This document shows, in pieces, positions 28,881 to 37,641 of a DNA stretch of 54,744 nucleotides. The DNA comes from Anaerovibrio sp. GTDB lineage: Bacteria; Bacillota; Negativicutes; Selenomonadales; Selenomonadaceae. Numbering within the stretch: the first letter of the stretch is position 1; each line of letters starts with the position of its first letter. Position numbers and translations under genes: made by a program. The DNA lies in NCBI GenBank assembly GCA_051866255.1, contig JBJDWY010000043.1, positions 1-54,744 of the forward strand, written 5' to 3'. The notes beneath the pieces were generated by a model that was not told the DNA's origin, did not search any database, and was given only the letters and a program-made list of their open reading frames with translations.

Positions 28881-29348
28881 CTAGACATTCGCCTCGAACA
28901 TCTTGTTGCCCTGTACCGGCATGCCACCGTTATCGCCCGGTGTTCCGTAGGTTACCCCTGCCGCAGTACATGTCATGACATTCACGTTATAATCGATATA
29001 TTCTATGTTTTTATTTAAATATTGCAGATTGTTGCCAGAGGCTTCCTTTAGTTTCTGCAATAGTCCTGCCTGTTTTTCCAATAGCTGCAGCGCCATATCC
29101 TTTTCCAGCCCCTCAGGCTGGGCCGCTACCCAGCTGGCAGCATCCCTGCTGCCGTGCTGCTGCAAAAAATCACGACGTTTTTTCTCAAGCCTGTTCAAAT
29201 CTATAACTACAGCCTCGATTTCCTTGGTCAGCCGCTGCACTGCCGGAGCTGCCGTATTCACCAGGGCATTCCGCTGTTCCCCGGTCAGCTCATAAAGCCT
29301 GAGGCAAAGCACCAGCTGCTGCCTGATAATGTGTATCAAATCCTGCAC
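28881..29348 (-). CDS. flgN: FlgN family flagellar chaperone (copy 2)
   Basis: Helical protein with L..LEKKR..L..LKE...NN pattern, upstream of flgK. Confidence 0.7.
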   Translation of the reverse strand: MQDLIHIIRQQLVLCLRLYELTGEQRNALVNTAAPAVQRLTKEIEAVVIDLNRLEKKRRDFLQQHGSRDAASWVAAQPEGLEKDMALQLLEKQAGLLQKLKEASGNNLQYLNKNIEYIDYNVNVMTCTAAGVTYGTPGDNGGMPVQGNKMFEANV

Positions 29349-29351
29349 CGG

Positions 29352-29837
29352 CTATACCTCCAAATCAAAGTTCTTGACATGTGAAACCTGCTCCTGTCCC
29401 CTGCTGCCATAAGCAGGCTCCACCATGGAGCCCCCCAGCTGGTTCAGCCTGAAATTGATAGCATCCAGTGCACTGGAAATGAGTATTTCATTGTTTGCCG
29501 ATGCCTCCTGCACCTCTGCCACCAGCTTGCCCAGCATCTTGTGAAGCTTGTACAAGGTCTCCCGCTGCTGCCGCTCCGGGCACTGGGACCACACGCTGTC
29601 CATGCGCATATCAGGAGTCACCCTGACACCGCCTGCTGCCATCCTTGCCAGCAGCTCCTGGCGCTGCTTCTCTGTCTGGTTGATGACCTTGATAACATCT
29701 TCCTCCTGCCTGACCAGCTGCTCCAGCTCCTGCATCTTCACCAGCACCAGTATGCCGCGCTTTTCCTCATTCAGCTGCTTCAGCTTCTGATACTGGGTTA
29801 TCAAGACTGCCAGTATTTTGGCCAATTCCTGCCACAT
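29352..29837 (-). CDS. flgN: FlgN family flagellar chaperone (copy 1)
   Basis: Y.KL..L.EEKR.IL....L...EKQRQ..NNE.LI..AL..I pattern, following flgM. Confidence 0.82.
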   Translation of the reverse strand: MWQELAKILAVLITQYQKLKQLNEEKRGILVLVKMQELEQLVRQEEDVIKVINQTEKQRQELLARMAAGGVRVTPDMRMDSVWSQCPERQQRETLYKLHKMLGKLVAEVQEASANNEILISSALDAINFRLNQLGGSMVEPAYGSRGQEQVSHVKNFDLEV

Positions 29838-29869
29838 GGGCTGCCCTCCCTCTCAACGGTTGCCACAAC

Positions 29870-30148
29870 TCAATAGCGATACTGCAAAATCTTATCTGCC
29901 AAATCACCATTGCTCACCTGATAAGCACCGGAAGCAATCAGGTTCTCATACTCAGTTACCTTGTCCATGCGCACATCGGAGCCTGCCTTCAGCTTCTTCA
30001 TAATCTCGCTGAACTGCTGCCCCTGGGATGAAATCTGGATATTGTCATTGACAGGCGTCTCCTGGCGATATGCCTTTGCCAGCTTGTTGACACTGCCGGA
30101 ATTGGTATAGACACCGGCTACGCCTTGCAGGGTGTTATTTATAATCAC
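29870..30148 (-). CDS. flgM: Anti-sigma28 factor FlgM
   Basis: DNIQISSQG..DVRMDKV..I.SGAYQV...LADKIL. Confidence 0.92.
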   Translation of the reverse strand: MIINNTLQGVAGVYTNSGSVNKLAKAYRQETPVNDNIQISSQGQQFSEIMKKLKAGSDVRMDKVTEYENLIASGAYQVSNGDLADKILQYRY

Positions 30149-30229
30149 GATTTTTCACCATCCTTGCCACTATATTTTCTGTAAAATTCTCTGTAAGAAT
30201 AAACCCATCATCTTCTAATCCTAGCAAAA

Positions 30230-30256
30230 ATATCGAAAAAAATAGCAGGATTCTTA
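30230..30256 (-). promoter_or_regulatory. Putative sigma28 promoter of the flgM operon
   Basis: TAAG-N15-TTCGATAT. Confidence 0.65.
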
Positions 30257-30269
30257 AATAATCCTGCTA
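30236..30269 (-). terminator. Terminator after yvyF, overlapping the flgM promoter
   Basis: TAGCAGGATT/AATCCTGCTA stem followed by T7. Confidence 0.65.
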
Positions 30270-30342
30270 GCCTTCTAAATTATCAGCATTACCAGCCGGA
30301 GCACCCTACCATAAAATGCCTGTCCTGCTGCTTATCTGCTAT

Positions 30343-30738
30343 TTATCTGTTACGAGTAGCGTTATACATGGTGGAGCTCTTGTCCACTTTCTTTACAGTT
30401 TTTGCAGCCTCCAGACGCTTCGCCTGGTTGATGATGTCATTGCTGCATTTGCTGCAAAGCTTGCCGGTGGTAATCGGCGTACCGCACCCCTGGCACGGAT
30501 AATTTATCTGGAAGCCGCTGGCGATGAAACGCCCCTGTTTCAGCATGCGCAGTACAACTCGTTCCTTTACTCCCGTATCGTCCACAATCTGCTTGATGCT
30601 GCACCTATCATGGTCACGGACATAAGAATAAACTGTCTGTTCATCCTCCTGCTCCTTGCGGTAGCAATCAGGGCACATTCCCTGCCCTATTTCCATATAC
30701 AGCTTGCCACAGCCGTTACAATTTTTCAGCTTGTTCAT
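30343..30738 (-). CDS. yvyF: YvyF-like flagellar operon protein (zinc ribbon/HTH)
   Basis: LKNCNGCGKLY..CPDC..YPCQGCGTPITTGKLCSKC, between comF and flgM. Confidence 0.8.
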   Translation of the reverse strand: MNKLKNCNGCGKLYMEIGQGMCPDCYRKEQEDEQTVYSYVRDHDRCSIKQIVDDTGVKERVVLRMLKQGRFIASGFQINYPCQGCGTPITTGKLCSKCSNDIINQAKRLEAAKTVKKVDKSSTMYNATRNR

Positions 30739-30818
30739 GTAATCCTCTCCCTAAAGCTCGACACTACGCTTTTATTATAAATTATTCCGTATTTTTATTC
30801 AATATAAATTTTTAGCCG

Positions 30819-31499
30819 CTATTTTCTGCCGGAAGCTGCCACCAGTCCCATGAGGCTGGCAGCACCTGCTTCCTTTAGCACCAGGGCGCATTCCTGCAGG
30901 GTAGCGCCGGTTGTCATGATATCATCTGCGAGAATGACTTTTTTGCCGGCCAAAGCACCGCCAGCTGCCGTTGCCGCCACCGCTCCCTCCGCCAGTGCAA
31001 AAGCCCCTTGGAGATTGCCCCTGCGCTCTGCCGCTGTCAAGCCGAACTGGGGCGTTGTAGCGCGGCACCGCACCAGTGCCCCTTGCAGGGGAATATCCAG
31101 TGCTGCCAGAGGCTCCCTGAATAGGAGCTCGCTCTGATTGAAGCCCCGCTCCTTCAGCCTGTCAGGGTGCAGAGGCACAGGCACTGCCAGCCTTCCATCA
31201 CCTGCTGCCAGCGGCAGCTGCCTGAGACCTTCCGAAATATACCTGTGCAAGCCCGGCAACAGGCTCTTTTTACCCTCGTATTTCAGCTGGCGCAGCATGT
31301 CCCTGAGTCCTGCCTCATACACTCCCAATGCCCATACGCCCCCATCAAACAGGTTATGCATCTCAGCATCCAGAGGCAGGCGGTGGGGCCTCACCAGTCC
31401 TGCAAAGCAGCCATCGCACCATGTATCCCTGCGCTCCGTATACCTGCCGCAGACAGGGCATTTGGGCGGAAAGAGCAAATCCAGCACCCAGTCCAACAC
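30819..31499 (-). CDS. comFC: ComF family protein (double zinc ribbon plus PRTase)
   Basis: LFPPKCPVC..CDGC, VPVPLH..R..RGFNQ and DDIMTTGAT. Confidence 0.92.
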   Translation of the reverse strand: MLDWVLDLLFPPKCPVCGRYTERRDTWCDGCFAGLVRPHRLPLDAEMHNLFDGGVWALGVYEAGLRDMLRQLKYEGKKSLLPGLHRYISEGLRQLPLAAGDGRLAVPVPLHPDRLKERGFNQSELLFREPLAALDIPLQGALVRCRATTPQFGLTAAERRGNLQGAFALAEGAVAATAAGGALAGKKVILADDIMTTGATLQECALVLKEAGAASLMGLVAASGRK

Positions 31500-31529
31500 A
31501 GCCTCACCCCATTTCCCTAATTTATTTAC

Positions 31530-33722
31530 TCACAGCTTTCGCCCCAGCCGTTCAGCCAGCAGGGTGTAGCGTTTCTTCGTCCTGTCATTTGCCACGGCAG
31601 TATTCAGTGCCGCCTTGGTGCCCAGCAGGATAACCAGCTTCTTTGCCCTGGTTACTGCCGTATAGAGCAGCGTCCTTTGCAGCATCACATGATGCCCCGG
31701 CACCAGCGGCAATATGACCACCGGATACTCGCTGCCCTGGCTCTTGTGAACAGTCATGCAGTATGCCAGCTGCAGCTGATTCAGCTCCGTGGTTTCATAT
31801 TCAACTTCTATTTCATCCCCGAACTGCACCCGGACATGCCCCGTCTCCAGCAGGGTGATATAGCCTATATCACCGTTAAAGACGCCTTTTTCATAGTTGT
31901 TTTTGTTCTGCATCACCTTGTCCCCCAGGCGGAAAACCCGGGAGCCGTGAGCCAGCTCCGGCACGTCCTCCCCGGCAGGGTTCAAGGAATCCTGCAAAAG
32001 CTGGTTCAGACGTTCCACGCCGCAGATACCCCGATGCATGGGGGACAGCACCTGCACATCCTCCAGCACATCGTAGTCCCTGGCCGGAAGGATTTTCCGG
32101 CACAGGGTGACAATATGCTGCTCCACCCACTCAGGGCTCTGCTGCTCAATAAAGATAAAATCGCTGCCCTCATCAAGGGAGCACTGGGGCAGCCTACCGG
32201 CGTTGATGGCATGGGCATTCATGACGATGGTGCTGTCATCCTTCTGACGGAAAACCTCCGTCAGGCACACCTGAGGCACCACGCCGCTGCGGAGGATATC
32301 CTTCAGCACCGAGCCCGGCCCCACAGCCGGCAGCTGGTCCGCATCCCCCACCAGAATCACCCGGCAGCCCACAGGCACCGCTTCCAAAAAATGGCGCATC
32401 AGCACAATATCCATCATGGATACCTCGTCCAGGATAACCACATCTGCTTCCAGGGGCTCATCCTGATTGCGCCCGAAGCCGGAGCCCTCACCATCACCGC
32501 CTGATGCCTCCAGCAGCCTGTGCACTGTCCTGGCGCCTCTGCCTGTCGCTTCACTGAGGCGTTTTGCCGCCCTGCCGGTAGGAGCTCCCAGCAAAATCTG
32601 CAAGCCCAGCTTTTCCAGTATGTCCAGCATAGCCCGGACCACGGTGGTCTTGCCGGTGCCGGGCCCGCCGGTCAGCACGAAAACGCCATGCTCCAGCACC
32701 GCTTCCACCGCCTGCCGCTGCTGCTCTGCCAGCACAACTCCCGTTTTCTTTTCCCAGCGATGTACCAGCCGTCCAGGATTGCTGACAGCAATAGGCGCCG
32801 CCTTCTCCTGCAGATACAAAAGGCTCTCCGCCGTCTCGGCTTCCGCCCGATAGAGATATTCCGGGTAAACCAGGATGGTGCCCCCCACCGACTCCTGATC
32901 CAGCCTGCCTGTGGCCAAATCCTGCTTCAGCACCTCCCAGACCACATCCCTGGGTACCCTGATGCCCTTTTCCACGTCATCCACCAGCTGATTTTCCGGC
33001 ACGCAGCAATGACCGTTGACGGCAATCCGCTGCAGCTGATAGGAAAGGGCCGCCGACACCCGGCACACATCGCAGGGATCCATGCCCAGGCTGGCAGCGA
33101 TGGCATCAGCCGTGCTAAAGCCGATTCCCTCAATCTCAGTGGCAAGCCTGTAAGGATTCTGCTCCATGACTTCCACGGAAAAGGAGCCGTACCGCTCGTA
33201 GATCTTCCCGGCAAAAATCCCCGACACGTTATGCTGCTCCAGCCAGACCATCACCTGCCGCAGCTCCGCCTTTTCCTGATAGGAGGCATGGATTTTCTCC
33301 GCGGTCTTCTTGCCGATGCCCCGCACCTCCCGGAGCCTGTGGGGCTGCTTTTCAATAATCTCCAGTGCCAAGCCGCCGAATTTGTCCACGATGCGTGCCG
33401 CCATTGCCTTGCCCACGCCCTCAATGGTGCCGGAGGCCAGAAAGCGCCGGATGCCCTCCACCCCTGTAGGGGCGGACACAATCATGTGAAGGGCATTAAA
33501 CTGGGTGCCAAACCTGGGATGCTCCACCCATCTGCCCTTCAGGTCAAGCTGCTGTCCCTGCAAGGGCGCAGCCATCTGCACCGTTACAGTCACGGTGCTT
33601 TTCTGCCCCTCCGGCAGCAGCCGGAACACGCAAAAGCTCCCCTCCGGGCTGGCAAATATGATATTGTCCACTACTCCCGTCAGGGCTTCCAGCTCATCCT
33701 GCACTTCCATGACCGCCTTCAT
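31530..33722 (-). CDS. recD2: ATP-dependent RecD2 DNA helicase
   Basis: HhH repeats, GGPGTGKTT, APTGRAAKRL, DEVSM, GDADQLPAVGPG and TVHKSQGSEY. Confidence 0.95.
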   Translation of the reverse strand: MKAVMEVQDELEALTGVVDNIIFASPEGSFCVFRLLPEGQKSTVTVTVQMAAPLQGQQLDLKGRWVEHPRFGTQFNALHMIVSAPTGVEGIRRFLASGTIEGVGKAMAARIVDKFGGLALEIIEKQPHRLREVRGIGKKTAEKIHASYQEKAELRQVMVWLEQHNVSGIFAGKIYERYGSFSVEVMEQNPYRLATEIEGIGFSTADAIAASLGMDPCDVCRVSAALSYQLQRIAVNGHCCVPENQLVDDVEKGIRVPRDVVWEVLKQDLATGRLDQESVGGTILVYPEYLYRAEAETAESLLYLQEKAAPIAVSNPGRLVHRWEKKTGVVLAEQQRQAVEAVLEHGVFVLTGGPGTGKTTVVRAMLDILEKLGLQILLGAPTGRAAKRLSEATGRGARTVHRLLEASGGDGEGSGFGRNQDEPLEADVVILDEVSMMDIVLMRHFLEAVPVGCRVILVGDADQLPAVGPGSVLKDILRSGVVPQVCLTEVFRQKDDSTIVMNAHAINAGRLPQCSLDEGSDFIFIEQQSPEWVEQHIVTLCRKILPARDYDVLEDVQVLSPMHRGICGVERLNQLLQDSLNPAGEDVPELAHGSRVFRLGDKVMQNKNNYEKGVFNGDIGYITLLETGHVRVQFGDEIEVEYETTELNQLQLAYCMTVHKSQGSEYPVVILPLVPGHHVMLQRTLLYTAVTRAKKLVILLGTKAALNTAVANDRTKKRYTLLAERLGRKL

Positions 33723-33734
33723 GACTGCTACTCT

Positions 33735-33825
33735 GCCTCCGTCAACTGCTCACACTACTTATACTGCTTGCACCTTCATCATATATCCTATCAGGCCTCC
33801 GTCAGCTGCTCCCACTTCTCATACT
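33735..33825. repeat. 31-bp degenerate direct repeat with 60-nt period, duplicating the ABC-F 3' end
   Basis: 33735-33765 versus 33795-33825, 27/31 identical. Confidence 0.7.
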
Positions 33826-35773
33826 TTGCCTGAATTTCCTGCTCTTTTGCCGCATATGCCTCGGCTATTTCCTGGCTTTTGGCAGGATCTGCCTGCAAGC
33901 TCACATCGTTCATCTCATGCTCCAGCATTTTCAGCTCCGCCTCTGCCATGGCAATCTCCGCCTCCGTCCGCTGGATGAGCTCCGTGCGCTTGGCCTCGCT
34001 CATCTTCTGGATAGCCCCCAGCTGCGCCTGCTTTTTGCTTTCCGCCTGGGCTGCCGCCCTTTGCAGTGCCGCCTTTTCCGCCTCATCCTGCTGCTGTTTT
34101 GCCTTGGCAGCCGCCTTCTTTGCCAGGGCAGCCTCCTGGGCTGCCCTTTCGGCTGCCGCTTCCTCGGCTTCCCTGGCTTCCTCCGCCTTCTTTTCCCGAT
34201 AGTAGCTGTAATTGCCATCGTACTCCGTCAGGCTGCCACCATCAATTTCCAGCACGCAGTTTGCCACCTTGTCCAGGAAATAACGGTCATGGGAAACAGT
34301 GATATAGGTTCCCGGGAAGGTAGACAGGGCTTCCTCCACCGCTTCCTTGGCCGGAATATCCAGATGGTTGGTAGGCTCGTCCAGCACCAGGAAGTTCGCC
34401 CCCGTCAGCATCAGCTTCAAAAAGGCCAGCCTGGACTGCTCACCGCCGGACAGGGCGCCAATCAGCCTGAACACCTCGTCCCCATGGAAAAGGAACGCCC
34501 CCAGATAGCGGCGGCTCTGCTCCTCGGACAGGCCGTACTCGTACTCCATTTCCTCCAGCAGGGTACGCTCCATGTGGAGCCCCTCATGCTGCTGGGAAAA
34601 ATAGCCAATTTTTACCCGGGAGCCAATCTTTATTCGCCCCTCCGTGGCTTCCAGCTCACCTACCAAAAGCCGCAAAAAGGTAGTCTTTCCGGCACCGTTA
34701 GGCCCCACGATGGCCACGCCGTCTCCCTTGCGAATCAGCACATCCACATGCTCAAAGAGCTTTTTCTGCGTATCCGGGAAATGATATGCCACCTCCTCCA
34801 GCTCTGCCACCCGCTGGGCGCACTCCCCCGGCTCGTTAAAGGCAAAATAGTTAAATGCCGCTGTCTCCGCAGGCCTGACAATCCTCTCCAGCCGGTTCAG
34901 CTGGCTCTGGCGCCCCCTGGCCTGCTTGGACTTGATGCCTGCCTTGTACTTCCTGATGTATTCCTCGGTCTTTTTGATATGCTCCTGCTGCTTTTCGTAG
35001 GCAGAAAGCTGTGCCGCCCGGCGCTGCTCCCTGACCTTCATGTAGTAGCTGTAATTGCCCTCATAGGCAGTAACCGCCTTGTTCTCTATCTCGAAAATGC
35101 GGTTGGTCACCTTGTCCAAAAAGAAGCGGTCATGGGAAATAATCAGCACGCCGCCGCTATAGCTCTGCAAGAAGCCCTCCAGCCACTCAATCATGCCGAT
35201 GTCCAGATGGTTGGTAGGCTCATCCAGAAAGAGGAAATCCGGCTCCCGGAGCAGGGCCTTGGCCAGGCAGACACGGGTTTTCTGACCGCCGGAAAACAGA
35301 GCCACCTTCTTCTCCATATCCTCCTCGGCAAAGCCCAGCCCGAAGGCAGTACGGCGGATGCGGCTCTCAAAGTCATAACCCCCGGCATGCTCGAACCTCT
35401 CCACCAGCCTGCCATAGGCCGCCAGCTTTTCCTCGCTGTGGTCATGCTTGATTTCCGCCTCCATGGCTTCCTTGGCAGCAGCCAGTGCCATCACATCTGC
35501 AAAGGCACTTTTCAGCTCCTCATACAGGGTTGCCTCGCTAGCCATCTCCGCCTGCTGCTCCACATAGCCGATAGTATCAGCCGGATCAATAGAGATAACT
35601 CCCTTGTCATACTCCACCTTTTCCAGCAGGCACTTCATCAGAGTGGACTTGCCGGCACCATTGGCTCCTACGAACCCCACCCTTTCCCCGCGCTTTATCT
35701 CAAAGCTCACATCATTAAAAAGCTCATCTATACCAAAGGCCTTGCACAAACCGCTAACCTTTATGCTTCCCAA
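33791..35773 (-). CDS. ABC-F family ATPase (Uup/YdiF-like)
   Basis: Two nucleotide-binding domains (GANGAGKST, FSGGQ, LDEPTNHLD; GPNGAGKTT, LSGGE), no transmembrane domain and a C-terminal coiled coil. TTG start at 35773 after AAGGAG. Confidence 0.92.
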   Translation of the reverse strand: MGSIKVSGLCKAFGIDELFNDVSFEIKRGERVGFVGANGAGKSTLMKCLLEKVEYDKGVISIDPADTIGYVEQQAEMASEATLYEELKSAFADVMALAAAKEAMEAEIKHDHSEEKLAAYGRLVERFEHAGGYDFESRIRRTAFGLGFAEEDMEKKVALFSGGQKTRVCLAKALLREPDFLFLDEPTNHLDIGMIEWLEGFLQSYSGGVLIISHDRFFLDKVTNRIFEIENKAVTAYEGNYSYYMKVREQRRAAQLSAYEKQQEHIKKTEEYIRKYKAGIKSKQARGRQSQLNRLERIVRPAETAAFNYFAFNEPGECAQRVAELEEVAYHFPDTQKKLFEHVDVLIRKGDGVAIVGPNGAGKTTFLRLLVGELEATEGRIKIGSRVKIGYFSQQHEGLHMERTLLEEMEYEYGLSEEQSRRYLGAFLFHGDEVFRLIGALSGGEQSRLAFLKLMLTGANFLVLDEPTNHLDIPAKEAVEEALSTFPGTYITVSHDRYFLDKVANCVLEIDGGSLTEYDGNYSYYREKKAEEAREAEEAAAERAAQEAALAKKAAAKAKQQQDEAEKAALQRAAAQAESKKQAQLGAIQKMSEAKRTELIQRTEAEIAMAEAELKMLEHEMNDVSLQADPAKSQEIAEAYAAKEQEIQAKYEKWEQLTEA

Positions 35774-35877
35774 ATCTAACACACTCCTTATACGCCGCAA
35801 TGAAGCTGTTGTAATAAATATGCCACGAATATAAACTGCTTGCAGAAATAACAAATTATCATATTAGCAGGAACTGA

Positions 35878-36022
35878 GGGGAGGCATATATATCCCCCAA
35901 GAAAACCCTTGTTGCGCCTCGTTACTTCATTCATCAGAGCCGCAGGCGATAGATGAATGTTAGTAACGCGAGGCACAACTAGGAGCGAGAGCGAGTTTTC
36001 GTGGGGATATATATGCCTCCCC
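35878..36022 (+). repeat. Intergenic rod-shaped palindromic element, copy A
   Basis: Perfect 20-bp terminal inverted repeat GGGGAGGCATATATATCCCC with nested stems. Shares motifs with the element at 54343-54674. Confidence 0.85.
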
Positions 36023-36038
36023 GCCGAACCTTGTCGCA

Positions 36039-37433
36039 TCATTCATAGTCCTGCCCTATATACACAACAGCTTCATTAGGCTCCCCTCCATCCATGATGG
36101 TGCAAGGGAACGGCATCCCATAAAACCACTCCGTATTGCTGCTGTCCGTCACGATAATCGTATGGCTGCGGTCGCTCTTTCTGCCGGTATCAACACCGGT
36201 CACATTAAAGCCCTTGGCACGGAGCCTGTCAGCCAGCCGTGCCGCAGCCCCATTGATGCCGCTGTCATTGATAATCAGCACGGAAATATCACCCGGCCCA
36301 TCAGCCCTGGCAACCTGCTTCACCTGCTTCACCTGTTTCACCTGTTTCTCCTTGGCATCCTCCTGAGTATCGGCCTCTGCTGCACCATTTCCGTCAGCAG
36401 TCTTTGCTGCCTCCTTTGCTGCGCTATTCACAGCCCCCTCAGTATTCTCAGCCATAACCGTCAGCCCCTTCGGCAGGGAGTCATCATACTGTGCCTTCAC
36501 CTTTTCCGCACTGGCAAGTGCCTTATCCGCCAGCTCCGTTTCCATCTGCTTGGAAACCAGCTCCCTGAGGCTCATGATATCCGGCAGCCAGTAGCTCACA
36601 TCCTCCAGATAGGCAGGCTTGCCCGGCACCATCACCGACTCCATGCCATGCTCCCGGATGGACGGCAGAAGCTGTGCCAATGACACCATCTCCGTCAGGG
36701 GCATATCCGTCTCCACCGCAGAGCGGATTTCCTCCACCAGCTGAGGCAGCTTCGGCAGAATAGCCGGTGACAGCATCTTGTCCATCACCGCCCGCATGAA
36801 ATGCTGCTGCCTGCCGATGCGCCCGATATCCCCCTCGCCATCACGGTAGCGCACATACTGGATGGCCCTGTCCCCGGTCATGTGCTGCATCCCAGGGTAG
36901 AGGTCAATCACCAGTCCCCCGTTGTCATCCCAGGGATCCTCATAATACATGCGCTTTTCTACATCAATATCGATACCGTCCATGGCATCAATGATCCGCT
37001 CAAATGCCTTGATATCCACCAGCACATAATAATCCATAGGCACCCCCAGAAGCTCCTCCACGGTTTTCCTGGTCAGCTTGGAGCCGCCAAAGGCATAGGC
37101 ATGATTGATTTTGTCGTAGCCATTGCCCTCTATTCGTACACGGGTATCCCGGGGCAGTGACAAAATCTCCGCCTTGCCGGTGGTCTTGTTCACCGTCACC
37201 ACCATCAGCGTATCACTGCGCCCGGCATCATCGCTGCGCCTGTCCACGCCCATTACCATCACATGCATGTAGTCATCCGGCCGCTCAATGCCTGACTCTG
37301 CCACTACTGTGTTTTCCTCCTGGCTGCCACCCATAAAGCTTGCCGCCAATACCCCTGCCAGTGCCACCAGCAGGCAGGCTGCCAAAATATATACTCGCGT
37401 AAAATTACGGCGTCTCCTGCGCCTTACTCGCAT
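36039..37433 (-). CDS. LCP (LytR-CpsA-Psr) family cell-wall ligase with LytR_C domain
   Basis: N-terminal transmembrane segment, MGVD..GRSDT..LSLPRDT..KINHAY..YVRYR..GDIGRIGRQQ, and C-terminal INDSGINGAA..VYIGQDY. Confidence 0.93.
   Translation of the reverse strand: MRVRRRRRRNFTRVYILAACLLVALAGVLAASFMGGSQEENTVVAESGIERPDDYMHVMVMGVDRRSDDAGRSDTLMVVTVNKTTGKAEILSLPRDTRVRIEGNGYDKINHAYAFGGSKLTRKTVEELLGVPMDYYVLVDIKAFERIIDAMDGIDIDVEKRMYYEDPWDDNGGLVIDLYPGMQHMTGDRAIQYVRYRDGEGDIGRIGRQQHFMRAVMDKMLSPAILPKLPQLVEEIRSAVETDMPLTEMVSLAQLLPSIREHGMESVMVPGKPAYLEDVSYWLPDIMSLRELVSKQMETELADKALASAEKVKAQYDDSLPKGLTVMAENTEGAVNSAAKEAAKTADGNGAAEADTQEDAKEKQVKQVKQVKQVARADGPGDISVLIINDSGINGAAARLADRLRAKGFNVTGVDTGRKSDRSHTIIVTDSSNTEWFYGMPFPCTIMDGGEPNEAVVYIGQDYE
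36313..36348. repeat. In-frame 9-bp tandem repeat x4 (KQV)
   Basis: ACCTGYTTC x4 in the LCP linker. Confidence 0.85.
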
Positions 37434-37486
37434 CTAAAAACTCCTCTTTTCCTTAGAATTCAAACAAAGCTTCCAATCCACATTTC

Positions 37487-37515
37487 AGTATACCAAAATG
37501 CCCACACTCTAGCAA
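37487..37515 (-). promoter_or_regulatory. Putative sigmaA promoter of the LCP gene
   Basis: TTGCTA-N17-TATACT with extended -10 TG. Confidence 0.5.
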
Positions 37516-37641
37516 GAGCAAAGAAAGCTTCAAATTCACTATTTCTTTTTTTCGCAAAATATATTATCATATTATGTACAATGTATTAAAAATCCATTAA
37601 TGTAGAAAGAAACCATTATTTACAACAAGAGGGACTTTTAT

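Noticed and set aside
33917-35779. 620-aa plus-strand ORF
   Set aside because: Antisense shadow of the ABC-F gene with no recognisable motifs. The same applies to 13792-15423, 32520-33833, 2799-3743, 27845-28834 and 41287-42276.
35878-36022. Simple Rho-independent terminator for the LCP gene
   Set aside because: No U tract on either strand, 145 nt long with multiple stems, and homologous to a second element in the opposite orientation.
35788-36042. 84-aa minus-strand ORF across the palindromic element
   Set aside because: No ribosome-binding site or motifs. Explained by the repeat element.
37434-37641. c-di-GMP riboswitch near the HD-GYP gene or the flagellar genes
   Set aside because: No recognisable class I or class II consensus seen in these intergenic regions.
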